Shown: positions 21,368 to 31,765 of the stretch, one piece after another
How positions within the stretch are numbered: the first letter of the stretch is position 1
How the letters are laid out: the number at the start of each line of letters is the position of its first letter
Notes under the pieces: model-generated
The model's input: only the letters and a program-made list of their open reading frames with translations
Database searches by the model: none
Told to the model about the DNA's origin: nothing
NCBI GenBank assembly: GCA_036490175.1
Contig: DASXEJ010000303.1
Location: forward strand, 2,511 to 66,510
Length of the DNA: 64,000 nucleotides
Origin: Pirellulales bacterium
GTDB lineage: Bacteria > Planctomycetota > Planctomycetia > Pirellulales > JACPPG01
Direction of reading: 5' to 3'
Position numbers and translations under genes: made by a program

Positions 21368-22537
21368 TCATCGTCCAGCATCCTCTTTGATTCGCACGTT
21401 GCGGAACCATACGGGCTCGCGATGGTCTTGCAGACCGAGATAGCCGCGCAGCTGACGCTTGGCGAGTTCAGGCACTTTCTCAGCGTTTACATCCACGACC
21501 ACCACCCCGTTGTGCGTGATACGATACGTCGTGTCGTGGCAATCGATCTCCATAGTGTTCCATTGCCCCGCCGGGTGACCGACGTGCTGCTGGGCTCCGG
21601 CCACCTTGTAAATGCTGGCGGCGAACTGTTCGGGCAAGATGTCGGCGTATCGTTTGTCGGCGTCGTCGAGTAGCTGCACCTCGACTCCGCTGGGATCATT
21701 GTCAGGAGGTTCCTGCTCTCGATGGGTGCCATCGTGCGGCACGCGAATGAACACGCCCGAATTGCCGCCTGCTTGTAGCTTGTATTCGAGTCGCAGGTTG
21801 AAATCGCCGTACTCCCGCAGGCTGCGCAGCCAGGGCCCCGCCTTGCCTGTGCATTCGAGTACACCGTCGGCCAGCTTCCAGCACGTGGCGGCATCGGCGG
21901 TAGCGCCTTCCCAACCATAGCCGTCTGTACCGCGCAGGGTTTCGCCGAGCAGCGCGTGATAACCAAGCTCGGTGATGCGAATGTTGCGGAACTCGAACTG
22001 CCCGCCGACTGGCACCTCGGACTGCAGCCCAATGTAACCATCTGGCACGGCGACAGCATCAGTTTTCCAGGCTGGCTTGCCATTGATTTCCAGCGCGGCC
22101 GTTTTACCAATCACGGTCAATCTAAAGTGGTTCCACTGACCCGCCAGGACCAGGCCGGTGCTCGACGCGTCCGGCAGATCCTTGATGTTACCTTCCATCC
22201 CCTGGGCTAGATTCACCTGGTACTTGGTCGGCCAGGCGCGTCCTGTGGCGCCGGGCAACTCGGAACGGATGTAAATGCCCGAGTCCCACATCTCGGCCTT
22301 GCGGGCTTTCCAGTCCAATTCCAAGGTGAAGTCACGGTATTTGTGATCCGTGCGAACAAATCCGTTGCCAGACTGCAAGACCAGCGAGCCATTTTCGACA
22401 CCGGCCTCGCAACGGGTGACGTGCCAGCCCGACAGATCCTTACCATTGAACAGTGACGTCGTCACCCCTTCCGTGGCTGCCAGCGCGGTGGTCGCATAAA
22501 GCGCGAGCAATCCCCAAGCCAACACATACCAGCGCAT
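21368..22537 (-). CDS. Exported tandem DUF1080 (3-keto-disaccharide hydrolase/LamG-like) protein
   Basis: Two repeats of the DUF1080 pattern ('LFNGKDLSGWH...FTLELDWK...NSGIYIR...FRNIRI' and '...FNLRLEYK..GGNSGVFIR...WFRNVRIK'). Start set at ATG 22537 (MRWYVLAWGLLAL). Confidence 0.8.
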   Translation of the reverse strand: MRWYVLAWGLLALYATTALAATEGVTTSLFNGKDLSGWHVTRCEAGVENGSLVLQSGNGFVRTDHKYRDFTLELDWKARKAEMWDSGIYIRSELPGATGRAWPTKYQVNLAQGMEGNIKDLPDASSTGLVLAGQWNHFRLTVIGKTAALEINGKPAWKTDAVAVPDGYIGLQSEVPVGGQFEFRNIRITELGYHALLGETLRGTDGYGWEGATADAATCWKLADGVLECTGKAGPWLRSLREYGDFNLRLEYKLQAGGNSGVFIRVPHDGTHREQEPPDNDPSGVEVQLLDDADKRYADILPEQFAASIYKVAGAQQHVGHPAGQWNTMEIDCHDTTYRITHNGVVVVDVNAEKVPELAKRQLRGYLGLQDHREPVWFRNVRIKEDAGR

Positions 22538-22654
22538 GCGAACACCTTTCGTTGATGTCGTCAAATCGTTGGGATAATAACCGCGGCAACCAACAAAACC
22601 CGATGTGGCACGAGTGGGCCGCGAACATAAACACGGGCACGTGCAAACAGGTTG

Positions 22655-23335
22655 CTACGGCTTCAGCTCCAGCAACTTGACATTCTTATACCAGCACTTG
22701 TGGTCGTGATCCTGAAAACCCAGATAGCCGGAACGAGGCATGTCTTTGATGGCGGCACCGAATTTGTGTTTCGAGCCGTCGGGCCGTTTCCCTTTTTCGG
22801 GCCATTCGTCGACGTTGATCTTTGACACTTCCTCATCATTGACCCAGACGGTGATGAATGGGCCGCGGGCTTTGATCTTTACGTGATTCCAATCGTTCGG
22901 TTTGCTGGCGTTTTTCGTTGGTGCAACCAGATCGTAGATCGCACCGAAATCATGCCATCCTTTGCCCTTGCCATTGAAGACCTGCACTTCGAAGCCGGTG
23001 TAGACCGGATTGGCCGGGTCTCCGACGCGGAAGAAAATCCCCGAGTTACATTGTGCGTCACCCATCTTTACGTCGCACTCGAGGATGAAGTTGGCAAACT
23101 GCCTGTTGTAAATGATCAAGTAGCCGCCGGCCTTGTAGGGCACGAGCGCGCCATCTTCGATCGGCGTGGCAATCGCCTCGTTGTTGTTGCACTTCCAACC
23201 GGTCGTGTCATGACCGTTGAACAACAATTGCCAGCCTTCCGCTTTTTCTTGCGGAGTGAGCTCGTTGTCGGCGGCAAGCGCCTGCGAAGTGACGGCCAAA
23301 CAGAAGGCGAATGCGAGCGTTCTTCCGGTACGCAT
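22655..23335 (-). CDS. Exported DUF1080 domain protein
   Basis: 'LFNGHDTTGWK', 'FILECDVKMGDAQCNSGIFFRV' and 'GYLGFQDHDHKCWYKNVKL'. Start set at ATG 23335, preceded by GAGGAG. Confidence 0.8.
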   Translation of the reverse strand: MRTGRTLAFAFCLAVTSQALAADNELTPQEKAEGWQLLFNGHDTTGWKCNNNEAIATPIEDGALVPYKAGGYLIIYNRQFANFILECDVKMGDAQCNSGIFFRVGDPANPVYTGFEVQVFNGKGKGWHDFGAIYDLVAPTKNASKPNDWNHVKIKARGPFITVWVNDEEVSKINVDEWPEKGKRPDGSKHKFGAAIKDMPRSGYLGFQDHDHKCWYKNVKLLELKP

Positions 23336-23667
23336 CGAACTTCTCCTCAGGTAGGGTGAAACGTGGGCGGGGCGTGGATAGCGAATGGTCGAATTGTAAT
23401 CCGACCTTCCAGGCAGTTCGAGTGCCAAGAGAGAGAATCGCTGTCGTTCCGGGACGCATTTATGTTTATGGCTGTTGTCGCGCCGGGGTCATATTGTGTG
23501 CGGTAACCGTCCAGAACATCCCTGGTAGCCGGCCACGCGAAGGGCATACAATACGGCATCATCTCGTCATGTATCGCGTCTTCTTCGTGCCTCCGCCGCT
23601 TTGTCGTGAAGCTTTTGCGTTCGAGCTACAGCAGAATGCTCGAGGTTCTTAAATTCAAGGTGCTTAG

Positions 23668-25323
23668 ATGCGCGAAGAGAGCGAATTGCCGCGAGCCACA
23701 TCCGGTTTACGCCGCAAGGGAGTGCCCCTCGCGACGCTCGTACTCTTGGCAGCCAGCGTCGCAACGTTTTGGCTGCTGCCAGCCGACGCCTTCGATCGCG
23801 GTATGCGGTCGACGTTTTCGTTCTTGGCGTGCATCTTGGCCAGTGTGATCATTGGCATTTGGTTTTTTGGATTTGCCGGTGCGGCGCGGCGGACTCGCGC
23901 CTCGGTGGGTTTGGTACTACTGTTGTTGGCCATAGGTGTTGTTGCCAGCGTGCGACGCGTGGAGTTCTCGGGCGACATGGAACCGACGTTCGATTTTCGC
24001 TGGCAGGAATCACGCGAAAGCCGCCTGGAGGGATTTCTTGAAGCGGAAATGAAAGATCCCCTGCCAGTGGAACAAGAAGCCGGCCGTCCCATGCCGCGCG
24101 TCCGCGCGGAAGACTCGCCGCAGTATCGCGGTCAGAAGTGGGACGGGATCGTCGATGGACCGGCGCTCGCGAGAAACTGGGAAGAGCAGCCCCCGAAATG
24201 TCTCTGGCGCCACCCCTGCGGCGAAGGGTATGCATCGTTCGCCGTGGTCGGCGATCTGGCCGTTACGATCGAGCAACGCGGCGATAACGAAGTGATTGTT
24301 TGTTACGACTTGTTAAGTGGCCGTCAGCATTGGACGTATGCCTATCCGGCGTTGTTCAACGAACGAGTCGGTGGTCCCGGCCCTCGCGCTACGCCCACGA
24401 TCCATCAGGGACGCGTCTACTCACTGGGAGCGACAGGCGACCTGGTGAAGCTCGATCTGGCTGCCAACTACAAGATCTGGAAGACGAACATTCTCGCCGA
24501 GAACGGATCAGGCAATCTCGATTGGGGGATGAGTGGGTCGCCGCTCGTCTATGACGGCCGCGTGATCGTCAACCCCGGCACGCAGCAAGGGTCGGATGCG
24601 AGTGCGGACATTTTGTGCGTGGATGCGAACAAGGGAGACATCGTGGGGCGGGGCGGCAAGGCCAAGGCAAGCTATTGCTCGCCGATGCTCGCCACGCTTG
24701 CCGGCAAGCAACAGATTCTCGTCTTTGACGCGGCAGGCCTGGCGGGCTTCGATCCTGACGATGCCAGCGAACTGTGGCGAGTCGCCTGGACTAGCGACTT
24801 TGACATCAACGCCGCCCAGCCTGTCGTTCTTGACGACACGCATGTGATCATCACGTCGCAAGCGGGCTGCGCGCTGTTGGAGCTGTCTGCCAACGAGGGG
24901 CAATGGACCGCGACGGAAAAGTGGCGCAACCGCCTGATGAAATGCTCTTATGCTAATCCGATTGCCCACAACGGTTATCTATACGGGCTCGACGAGGGGA
25001 TCATGGCCTGCCTGGATCTGACCACCGGCAAGCGGCTGTGGAAAAAGGGTCGTTACGGCCACGGTCAGATTTTGCTCTCGGGCGATTTACTGCTGGTGCT
25101 AAGCGAAAAGGGGGAGTTGGCCCTGGTCGAGGCTACACCGGAGGAATACCGCGAGCTTAGTCGGATCCAAGCTATTGAGGGGAAGACCTGGAACAATCCA
25201 GTTCTGGTTGGCGGACGGGCCCTGGTGCGCAACCATCTCGAAATGGCCTGCTACGAGCTGCCCTTGGCCAACCCAAACGAGCCACGCGATGCGCCACAGC
25301 CGGAGGAAGACGGGGTCGAATAG
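23668..25323 (+). CDS. Membrane-anchored PQQ-like beta-propeller repeat protein
   Basis: Three N-terminal hydrophobic helices. Then repeated 'G.vy...g.G.l.cld..tG...W' blades (e.g. HQGRVYSLGATGDLVKLDL, GYLYGLDEGIMACLDLTTGKRLWK). Confidence 0.7.
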   Translation: MREESELPRATSGLRRKGVPLATLVLLAASVATFWLLPADAFDRGMRSTFSFLACILASVIIGIWFFGFAGAARRTRASVGLVLLLLAIGVVASVRRVEFSGDMEPTFDFRWQESRESRLEGFLEAEMKDPLPVEQEAGRPMPRVRAEDSPQYRGQKWDGIVDGPALARNWEEQPPKCLWRHPCGEGYASFAVVGDLAVTIEQRGDNEVIVCYDLLSGRQHWTYAYPALFNERVGGPGPRATPTIHQGRVYSLGATGDLVKLDLAANYKIWKTNILAENGSGNLDWGMSGSPLVYDGRVIVNPGTQQGSDASADILCVDANKGDIVGRGGKAKASYCSPMLATLAGKQQILVFDAAGLAGFDPDDASELWRVAWTSDFDINAAQPVVLDDTHVIITSQAGCALLELSANEGQWTATEKWRNRLMKCSYANPIAHNGYLYGLDEGIMACLDLTTGKRLWKKGRYGHGQILLSGDLLLVLSEKGELALVEATPEEYRELSRIQAIEGKTWNNPVLVGGRALVRNHLEMACYELPLANPNEPRDAPQPEEDGVE

Positions 25324-25332
25324 TCCGGCTCG

Positions 25333-26727
25333 TCAAAACAGGCGGTTGTAGCCGTTCAAGGCCGCCACGCGATAGGCTTCTGCCATGGTCGGGTAATTGA
25401 ACGTGGTATTGATGAAGTACAGCAGCGAGTTGGCCTCGCCCGACTGCGCCATGATCGCCTGGCCGATATGGATGATCTCCGACGCGCTCGATCCAAAGCA
25501 GTGTACGCCCAGGATCTGCAGCGTCTCGCGATGGAAAAGGATTTTCAGCATTCCCACCTGGCGGCCTGTTATTTGCGCTCGCGCCAGATGCTTGTAGAGG
25601 GCGTGACCGATTTCGTAGGGCACCTTTTCGGCGGTCAACTCGCGCTCGGTGCGACCAATCGAACTGATTTCGGGGCTGGTGTAGATCCCGGTCGGAATGT
25701 CGCGGATTAGCGCGCATTCTTTTCGTCCGGTGATGATATGCGTGGCCGCGAACCGCCCTTGCACATAAGCGGCGCTTGCCAACGCGGGGAATCCGATGAC
25801 GTCACCCACCGCGTAAATATGTGGTAGCGCCGTCTGAAACGTTTCGTTCACATCGAGTTGTCCGCGCTGGTTAGGTTGGATGCCGATTTGCTCCAAACCC
25901 AAGCCGCCGGCCTGACCGGTGCGACCGTTGGCCCATAGCAGGATGTCTGTCTTGAGTTGCTTGCCGCTCTTCAGGTGCACGATCACTCCGTCATCGCGCG
26001 GCTCGACACGTTCGTATTGTTCGTCGTGGCGAATCAGCACACCGAGATCGCGCATATGATACGCCATGGCGTCGATGATTTCGTCATCGAGAAACTCCAG
26101 CAGCTTCGAGCGCGTATTGATTAGGTTGACCTTGATGCCCAGGTTTTTGAACATTGTGGTATATTCGCAGCCCACGACCCCGGCGCCATAGACCGTCATC
26201 GACTGCGGCGTCTGCTCGAGATCGAGAATCGTATCGCTATCGAAAATGCGCGGATGGCCAAAGTCGATATCTGGCGGACGATAAGGACGCGAGCCGGTGG
26301 CGATGACGAAGGCGTCGGCCGCCAGCTGTTGGACGGTTTTATCTTCGCTGACTTCGACAGTATGGTCATCAATGAAACGCCCCCGTCCAGTAAACACTGG
26401 TACGTGATTGCGTTCGTAGAAGCTTGATCGCATTTCGATCTGTTGGCTGATAACGCGCTGTGCCGAACGGCGCAGTTCGGCCACAGAAAAGTGCAGCGAC
26501 ACGCCCGCAGCGCGGAACAGCGGATTTCGGTTCGCCTCGGTCATCTGAAAGATGGCATACCGCAGCGCTTTGCTGGGGATGGTGGCCCAATGGGTGCAGC
26601 CGCCGCCGATCTTGTTGAATTGCTCGACCACGGCCACGGTTTTACCGTGCTTTACGGCCTGCATGGCGGCCCCCTCACCGCCCGGACCACTACCGATTAC
26701 CACTACGTCGAAATGGAGTTTGTTCAT
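25333..26727 (-). CDS. sthA: Soluble pyridine nucleotide transhydrogenase (Si-specific NAD(P)+ transhydrogenase)
   Basis: '[30 protein letters not shown]...[17 protein letters not shown]' has a Thr in place of the second redox Cys, as in SthA/UdhA. Second dinucleotide fold '[13 protein letters not shown]'. C-terminal dimerisation motif 'HIGQAIM...[11 protein letters not shown]'. Confidence 0.85.
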   Translation of the reverse strand: MNKLHFDVVVIGSGPGGEGAAMQAVKHGKTVAVVEQFNKIGGGCTHWATIPSKALRYAIFQMTEANRNPLFRAAGVSLHFSVAELRRSAQRVISQQIEMRSSFYERNHVPVFTGRGRFIDDHTVEVSEDKTVQQLAADAFVIATGSRPYRPPDIDFGHPRIFDSDTILDLEQTPQSMTVYGAGVVGCEYTTMFKNLGIKVNLINTRSKLLEFLDDEIIDAMAYHMRDLGVLIRHDEQYERVEPRDDGVIVHLKSGKQLKTDILLWANGRTGQAGGLGLEQIGIQPNQRGQLDVNETFQTALPHIYAVGDVIGFPALASAAYVQGRFAATHIITGRKECALIRDIPTGIYTSPEISSIGRTERELTAEKVPYEIGHALYKHLARAQITGRQVGMLKILFHRETLQILGVHCFGSSASEIIHIGQAIMAQSGEANSLLYFINTTFNYPTMAEAYRVAALNGYNRLF

Positions 26728-27124
26728 CAGATTTTTGCGCACGCTTTCCGGGAAGTTAGGGTCGACAATCCGTTGTCCGCGGAGAACGGCGTCGTATCGA
26801 TGCGTTGCCGCGAATCAAATTTACTTCGTACTAAGGCGGCAGAGGGCGTGCCGGGCGTGCGGGTGCGAACAGGGATTCTACTAAGACTTGCGGCATCGCA
26901 CCAAGGGGGCTCGTCGCCGGCCGTGACAGTGGCTTCGAAATGACGACCCGATTTTCAGGGTTCTTGCCCCCCTTTTTTGTCGCCAGAGTGTTTCGTGCGG
27001 CCGTGTTGGTTTATTCTCCACAGCAACGGCCGGCGCGATTATGGGCGACCTTGGATCGCCTCGCCCGTCAGGGTCGCGAAGCACACGTTGGCAGAATTTT
27101 CTTGCCCTTAGAAAGGTGATTGGC

Positions 27125-28504
27125 ATGTTAGGCAAACTTGCCCTGCCGGAAGTCCGAGAGTTGATCGCCGAGCAGGATTTCGTCACATTACGCGACGCGC
27201 TGCAATCGTGGCTGGCCGCCGATTTGGCCGCGCTGTTAAGCCAGTTAGACTCCACCGAACGGTCGCAGCTGTTTGCCGTGCTTGGCACGAGTCAAGCCGC
27301 TGAGACTTTTGAATATCTGGACCTCGAGTTTCAACAGGAGCTGCTGGCGTTGCTCAGCGACGCCGCAGGCGCCGCCGTGCTCAATGAAATGGCGCCGGAC
27401 GACCGGACCGCGCTCTTCGAAGAGTTATCCGTTGAGACCGCGGCGCGCCTGATGCCGCTATTATCGGACGAGCAACAGGCCATCACGCGGTCGCTATTGA
27501 GCTACGGCAAAAATACCGTGGGCCGGCTGATGACCCCGGACTACATCGCCGTGAAGCGAGAATGGACGGTCAAGCATGTCTTGGACCATGTCCGCGCTCA
27601 TGGCAAGGACAGCGAGACGTTGAACGTCGTCTATGTCGTCGATAACGACAATCGCTTGATCGACGACTTGCGAATTCGCGAGATTCTACTGGCGCCGCTG
27701 CACGAATTTGTATCGGCGCTACTCAACAGCCATTTTGTCAGCCTGATCGTTACCGACGACAAGAAGAAGGCGGTCGATGTCTTCCGCAAATATGATCGCA
27801 CGGTCCTGCCCGTCGTCGATTCGCATGGCTTTTTGGTAGGCATTGTGACGATCGACGATGTACTGGATGTAGCCGAGCAAGAAGCCACCCGCGACATTCA
27901 ACGATTGGGCGGTTCCGAAGCGCTCGACGAACCGTACGCGGAAACGCCACTATTGGTCATGGTTCGCAAGCGCGCGTCGTGGCTGGTGATTCTCTTCCTG
28001 GGCGAACTGCTGACCGCGACGGCCATGGCTTACTACGAGGACGAAATCGCCAAGGCGGTTATCCTTGCCTTGTTCGTCCCGTTGATCATTTCCAGCGGCG
28101 GCAACTCCGGATCCCAGGCCGCCACGCTGATCGTGCGGGCACTGGCGCTGGGGGAAGTGCGGCTGCGCGATTGGGCACGCGTGCTTCGCAGGGAACTAGC
28201 CTCGGGACTGATGCTGGGAACGCTACTCGGCACGATCGGATTTCTGCGCATCGCCTTGTGGAGTTCTGTTTCGGACATTTATGGGCCACATTGGGCGCTC
28301 TGCGGGCTGACGGTGGGGCTATCGCTTGTGGGCGTCGTGACGTGGGGAGCCCTCTCGGGGGCGATGCTACCGTTTTTGCTCAAACGGCTAGGGTTCGATC
28401 CGGCGACGTCTTCAGCCCCGTTTGTCGCTACCTTGGTCGACGTGACCGGCCTGATGATCTACTTCACGGTGGCCATGATCGTGCTGCGCGGCACGCCGCT
28501 GTGA
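27125..28504 (+). CDS. mgtE: Magnesium transporter MgtE
   Basis: N-domain, tandem CBS region ('MTPDYIAV', 'VLPVVDSHGFLVGIVTIDDVLDV') and C-terminal 5-TM domain with 'PLIISSGGNSGSQAAT' and 'SAPFVATLVDVTGLMIYF'. Start set at ATG 27125. Confidence 0.9.
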   Translation: MLGKLALPEVRELIAEQDFVTLRDALQSWLAADLAALLSQLDSTERSQLFAVLGTSQAAETFEYLDLEFQQELLALLSDAAGAAVLNEMAPDDRTALFEELSVETAARLMPLLSDEQQAITRSLLSYGKNTVGRLMTPDYIAVKREWTVKHVLDHVRAHGKDSETLNVVYVVDNDNRLIDDLRIREILLAPLHEFVSALLNSHFVSLIVTDDKKKAVDVFRKYDRTVLPVVDSHGFLVGIVTIDDVLDVAEQEATRDIQRLGGSEALDEPYAETPLLVMVRKRASWLVILFLGELLTATAMAYYEDEIAKAVILALFVPLIISSGGNSGSQAATLIVRALALGEVRLRDWARVLRRELASGLMLGTLLGTIGFLRIALWSSVSDIYGPHWALCGLTVGLSLVGVVTWGALSGAMLPFLLKRLGFDPATSSAPFVATLVDVTGLMIYFTVAMIVLRGTPL

Positions 28505-28724
28505 CGCATGCCGGCGCCAGCATGCCAGCAATCGCTCTGACGATCGATTTCCGCGCAGCAGAGCGGAAAAATCGCGTCAATCGGTCCTGCCCCTACGGCC
28601 GATAGATTTCAATGAGCGCTGCGGCCGACGGCCGCGCGCTCCAACCTCGCTCGCTCTCGCGTTGCCCTGCCCACTTCACGCCTGATCGCATCTCATTCCC
28701 CGATCTGTCTTGCGAGGCCTCGTC

Positions 28725-29387
28725 ATGAAGCCGCGTCGTTGGTTCGCTGCTGCCCTGTCTCTGTTGTGTGTCGCCGGTGGCTGCATGACCACCAAGGAAT
28801 CGGACACGGCGCGAACGGGCGTCGAGCAACTGTTGATTTCGAGCGCCACGGATCGGGCGCTCGACAAGATCGATCTGGCTCCGATCGCACGCGCCAAGGT
28901 ATTTGTCGATTCGCAGTACTTGGACTGCGTGGATAAGAACTACGTGATCGTGGCGATGCACCAGCGTCTGCTGCAACAGGGCTGCGCGCTCGTTGAAAAG
29001 CGAGAAGATGCCGACGTCGTCGTCGAGGTGGGCAGTGGCGGCTTGGGCACCGACCGTACCGAATGGTTCGTCGGCACTCCGGCGATTCCGCTGCCGCTTC
29101 CCTCGCCCATCGGCATACCCAAGCTGGCAATCTTCACTCGCACTCGCGCGATCGGCACCGCCAAACTGAGCATCATTGCGATGGACGTAAAGTCTCATCA
29201 GGCCGTGATCAATTCCGGCTGCTCGCTGGCGCGCAGCGACCAGAAGAATTGGAACATGCTGGGAATGGGCTCGATGCAGACCGGTACTGTCCCGCAGGAA
29301 ATTGCCACGGCCACGGGTGACACCGAGTCAGTACTGGTGCCGTCGAACATTGCCCGCCGAAATGAGCCGGCGACCTCAGTCCGATAG
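28725..29387 (+). CDS. Putative lipoprotein, unknown function
   Basis: Lipobox-like signal MKPRRWFAAALSLLCVAGGC (ATG 28725). No recognisable catalytic motif. Confidence 0.55.
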   Translation: MKPRRWFAAALSLLCVAGGCMTTKESDTARTGVEQLLISSATDRALDKIDLAPIARAKVFVDSQYLDCVDKNYVIVAMHQRLLQQGCALVEKREDADVVVEVGSGGLGTDRTEWFVGTPAIPLPLPSPIGIPKLAIFTRTRAIGTAKLSIIAMDVKSHQAVINSGCSLARSDQKNWNMLGMGSMQTGTVPQEIATATGDTESVLVPSNIARRNEPATSVR

Positions 29388-29437
29388 CCGTCTTGGGTCA
29401 GTATACGGAAATGCCGACCAATGTTGCAAAACCCGAA

Positions 29438-30316
29438 CTAGAAGCCGGCGTCTTGTTCTTCGCCTAGTAATTGTTCCGTGCGTTGCTTGATCAGCGAATC
29501 GCGCGCCACTGTCCGCTTATCGATCGCGCCGCGGAGCCGATCGAGCTGTTTTTCTAGCCGCTCGAGTTCCAATTGTCGCCGCTGCTGACGAACTTCAAAG
29601 TGTTGCGTCACTAAGTCCGCCAACTCCTCGCGTAGCTCTGCGCGACGGCTGTCGTTGGTCGCGCGGCGATAATGTTCCGCCAGCCCACGGGCTTTCACGT
29701 CGAGACTGACTTCCTCGGCATTGAGTTTTCCCATTTCTGGATCATCCGGCCCTATCACCTGCTGCGCGCGAAGGCCAGACCCGAGGCCACGAAGGCCACC
29801 TCCTTGCCGCGGCGGCAGCGGGGGGCCGTCTTCACCAGGGCGACCGGGCGGTGGTGGGGGCGGCAGCGGACCATCGGGGCGCGGCGGATTGTCGCCATCG
29901 GGTGCGAATCCGCCCGGCGGTGCGTAGGCACGGTCCTCGCCTGGCCGCGGCGGCCGGCGCTGCTCGGGATCAAGAACCTCGTCATGAGGTTGATCGGCGT
30001 TCTGCAACGCACCCGCCGCACGTACGGCCGCCCCTAATCCAGCACGCACGGCATCGCCCGCCGGGCGCCGGCCGGGAGGCAGACCTCGTCCGCGCAACGA
30101 TCCACGCGACGCCGGACCGGCCTCGGTCGTTTTCGCCGGCTTGGCATCTTCAGTCTTGGGAGCGTCATCGGACTTTTTTGCATCGCTGGCTTTTTTTGCG
30201 TCATCGGCCGGCTTTGCGGCTTCGGTCGCCACCGATTGATCGTCGTCAGCCAGGGAAGCATGGCAGGTCAGCAACGGCAGGCAAACAGCCAGCCAGCTGA
30301 GGCTTCGTAAGGTCAT
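29438..30316 (-). CDS. Exported low-complexity (Lys/Asp/Ala- and Pro/Gly-rich) protein with C-terminal coiled coil
   Basis: ATG 30316 preceded by GGGAGGAAAT. Signal peptide MTLRSLSWLAVCLPLLTCHA. The C-terminus 'RRAELREELADLVTQHFEVRQQRRQLELERLEKQLDRLR' is coiled-coil-like. Confidence 0.55.
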   Translation of the reverse strand: MTLRSLSWLAVCLPLLTCHASLADDDQSVATEAAKPADDAKKASDAKKSDDAPKTEDAKPAKTTEAGPASRGSLRGRGLPPGRRPAGDAVRAGLGAAVRAAGALQNADQPHDEVLDPEQRRPPRPGEDRAYAPPGGFAPDGDNPPRPDGPLPPPPPPGRPGEDGPPLPPRQGGGLRGLGSGLRAQQVIGPDDPEMGKLNAEEVSLDVKARGLAEHYRRATNDSRRAELREELADLVTQHFEVRQQRRQLELERLEKQLDRLRGAIDKRTVARDSLIKQRTEQLLGEEQDAGF

Positions 30317-30439
30317 GGTTATTTCCTCCCAAAGGATTGCAAGGTAGGAGTGCAACAAACATCAAGGAACGATTCCGACTGCGCGTTCAAGCAGACGACA
30401 GCCCGTTCATCGTTCCGCAGTCATCGTTCTGCAATTGCG

Positions 30440-30973
30440 TCACAACGTTCCATCCGTTATCTCACGTTCCAACTTGTCGACTTGGGTTTGCAGCAACGCG
30501 ATACTATCGGGCTGTTCCTGCCACCGTTGCTCAACAGCCTGCACGTCATTGGCCAGCGAGGCGGCGTCTACCGCCAGCTCGTCATCCCATGCCAGGTTTT
30601 CGCCAGCATTCTCTTTGGCGATACTTTCTCCAAAGTCACGAGTTGCTAGCTCCTGGACCTCGGTCTCGGTGGGGATTGTGACCTTATCGATCCGAGATTC
30701 GCGACTTGCATCCGCTGCCGCGAGATCCGGCTCGCCGCGAGGAACACGCGTGACAAACGACACACATACGACAAGCCCTGCCGCGAGGGTCAGCAGTCCG
30801 GCACCCATTTGCAAACGCCGCCGACGTGACCGCCGAACGGCATGTGCCACGACGCGCTGCGCTAGTCCCGCTTCATCAAGCGGTGAGTCGCTTGCCGCGA
30901 TCAACTGTGCGAAGGCGTTCCAGGCTTCCGCCAACTGTGGGTCTTGTAAGGGGTCGTGATTCATGCCTGTCAC
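30440..30973 (-). CDS. Putative anti-sigma factor (single-pass membrane protein)
   Basis: Immediately downstream of the ECF sigma gene: a 4-nt overlap if it starts at GTG 30973, or 5 nt after the sigma stop if it starts at ATG 30964. Central TM helix (LQMGAGLLTLAAGLVVCVSFV). Call based on position. Confidence 0.5.
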   Translation of the reverse strand: MTGMNHDPLQDPQLAEAWNAFAQLIAASDSPLDEAGLAQRVVAHAVRRSRRRRLQMGAGLLTLAAGLVVCVSFVTRVPRGEPDLAAADASRESRIDKVTIPTETEVQELATRDFGESIAKENAGENLAWDDELAVDAASLANDVQAVEQRWQEQPDSIALLQTQVDKLEREITDGTL

Positions 30974-31494
30974 GCGGACCTCTCCACCAGCAACCGCCGC
31001 AATGCCATCAACCCTCGTCGCGCGTGGCTGAGCACGGTGTTTGTGGGGCTGTTCATGATGCGGGCAATTTCGTTGAAGTCTAGGTCGCCGTAATACCGTA
31101 ACAAAAGCGTTCGCCGTTGCACTTCGGTTAGTGCGTCGAGGGCATCGGCCAGTTGCTGCCGGTTTTCGGCCCCCAACACAGCGGCCAGCGGTGTGCCGTC
31201 CGGGTTACGTGGCTCGATCTGCTGCCATTGATCGGGATCCACTGATTGTTCGCGGCCGCCTCGACGGGCGCGATCGCACGCCAGCCGGTCGGCAATTCGC
31301 AGCAGGTAGGCCCTCGGTTTTCCTTGCTCGGCATAGCGATCGCGCGATTCCCAGGCGCGGCAGAACACTTCTTGCACCAAATCCTCGGCCGCATGTCCGT
31401 CTCGAACCAAGGCCAACAGATACCCGTGTACCGCCCGCGCGTGGTCCCGCACCCACTCGGTCAAACGCTCGGTATCGGGCATGCGGTTGGCCAT
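30970..31494 (-). CDS. ECF-type RNA polymerase sigma-70 family factor
   Basis: Region 2 'AEDLVQEVFCRAWESRDRY...PRAYLLRIADRLACD' and region 4 'LTEVQRRTLLLRYYGDLDFNEIARIMNSPTNTVLSHARRGL'. Confidence 0.9.
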   Translation of the reverse strand: MANRMPDTERLTEWVRDHARAVHGYLLALVRDGHAAEDLVQEVFCRAWESRDRYAEQGKPRAYLLRIADRLACDRARRGGREQSVDPDQWQQIEPRNPDGTPLAAVLGAENRQQLADALDALTEVQRRTLLLRYYGDLDFNEIARIMNSPTNTVLSHARRGLMALRRLLVERSA

Positions 31495-31765
31495 GACTAC
31501 AAACTAAACAACGCCGGAACGACCAATAAATTGCACGCCAGGGGGCAAGAAGCCGGATTTTTACGAGGTTTGTACCGCGCACCGGATCGATTTTGAGGCG
31601 TTGCGCCGTGGGCCGGCCCATTGTACCCTTCACCGACGAACTCTCCGCTCAGTGAACTTGGGCCGTTGACGGCAGGTCACGGCTGATGGATGCTTTATAA
31701 AACCCCTTTTGTGCCTGGAGTGAGGCGGACTCCGTGCCAGCCGAGAGCTTGTCGAGGAGCCCCTG

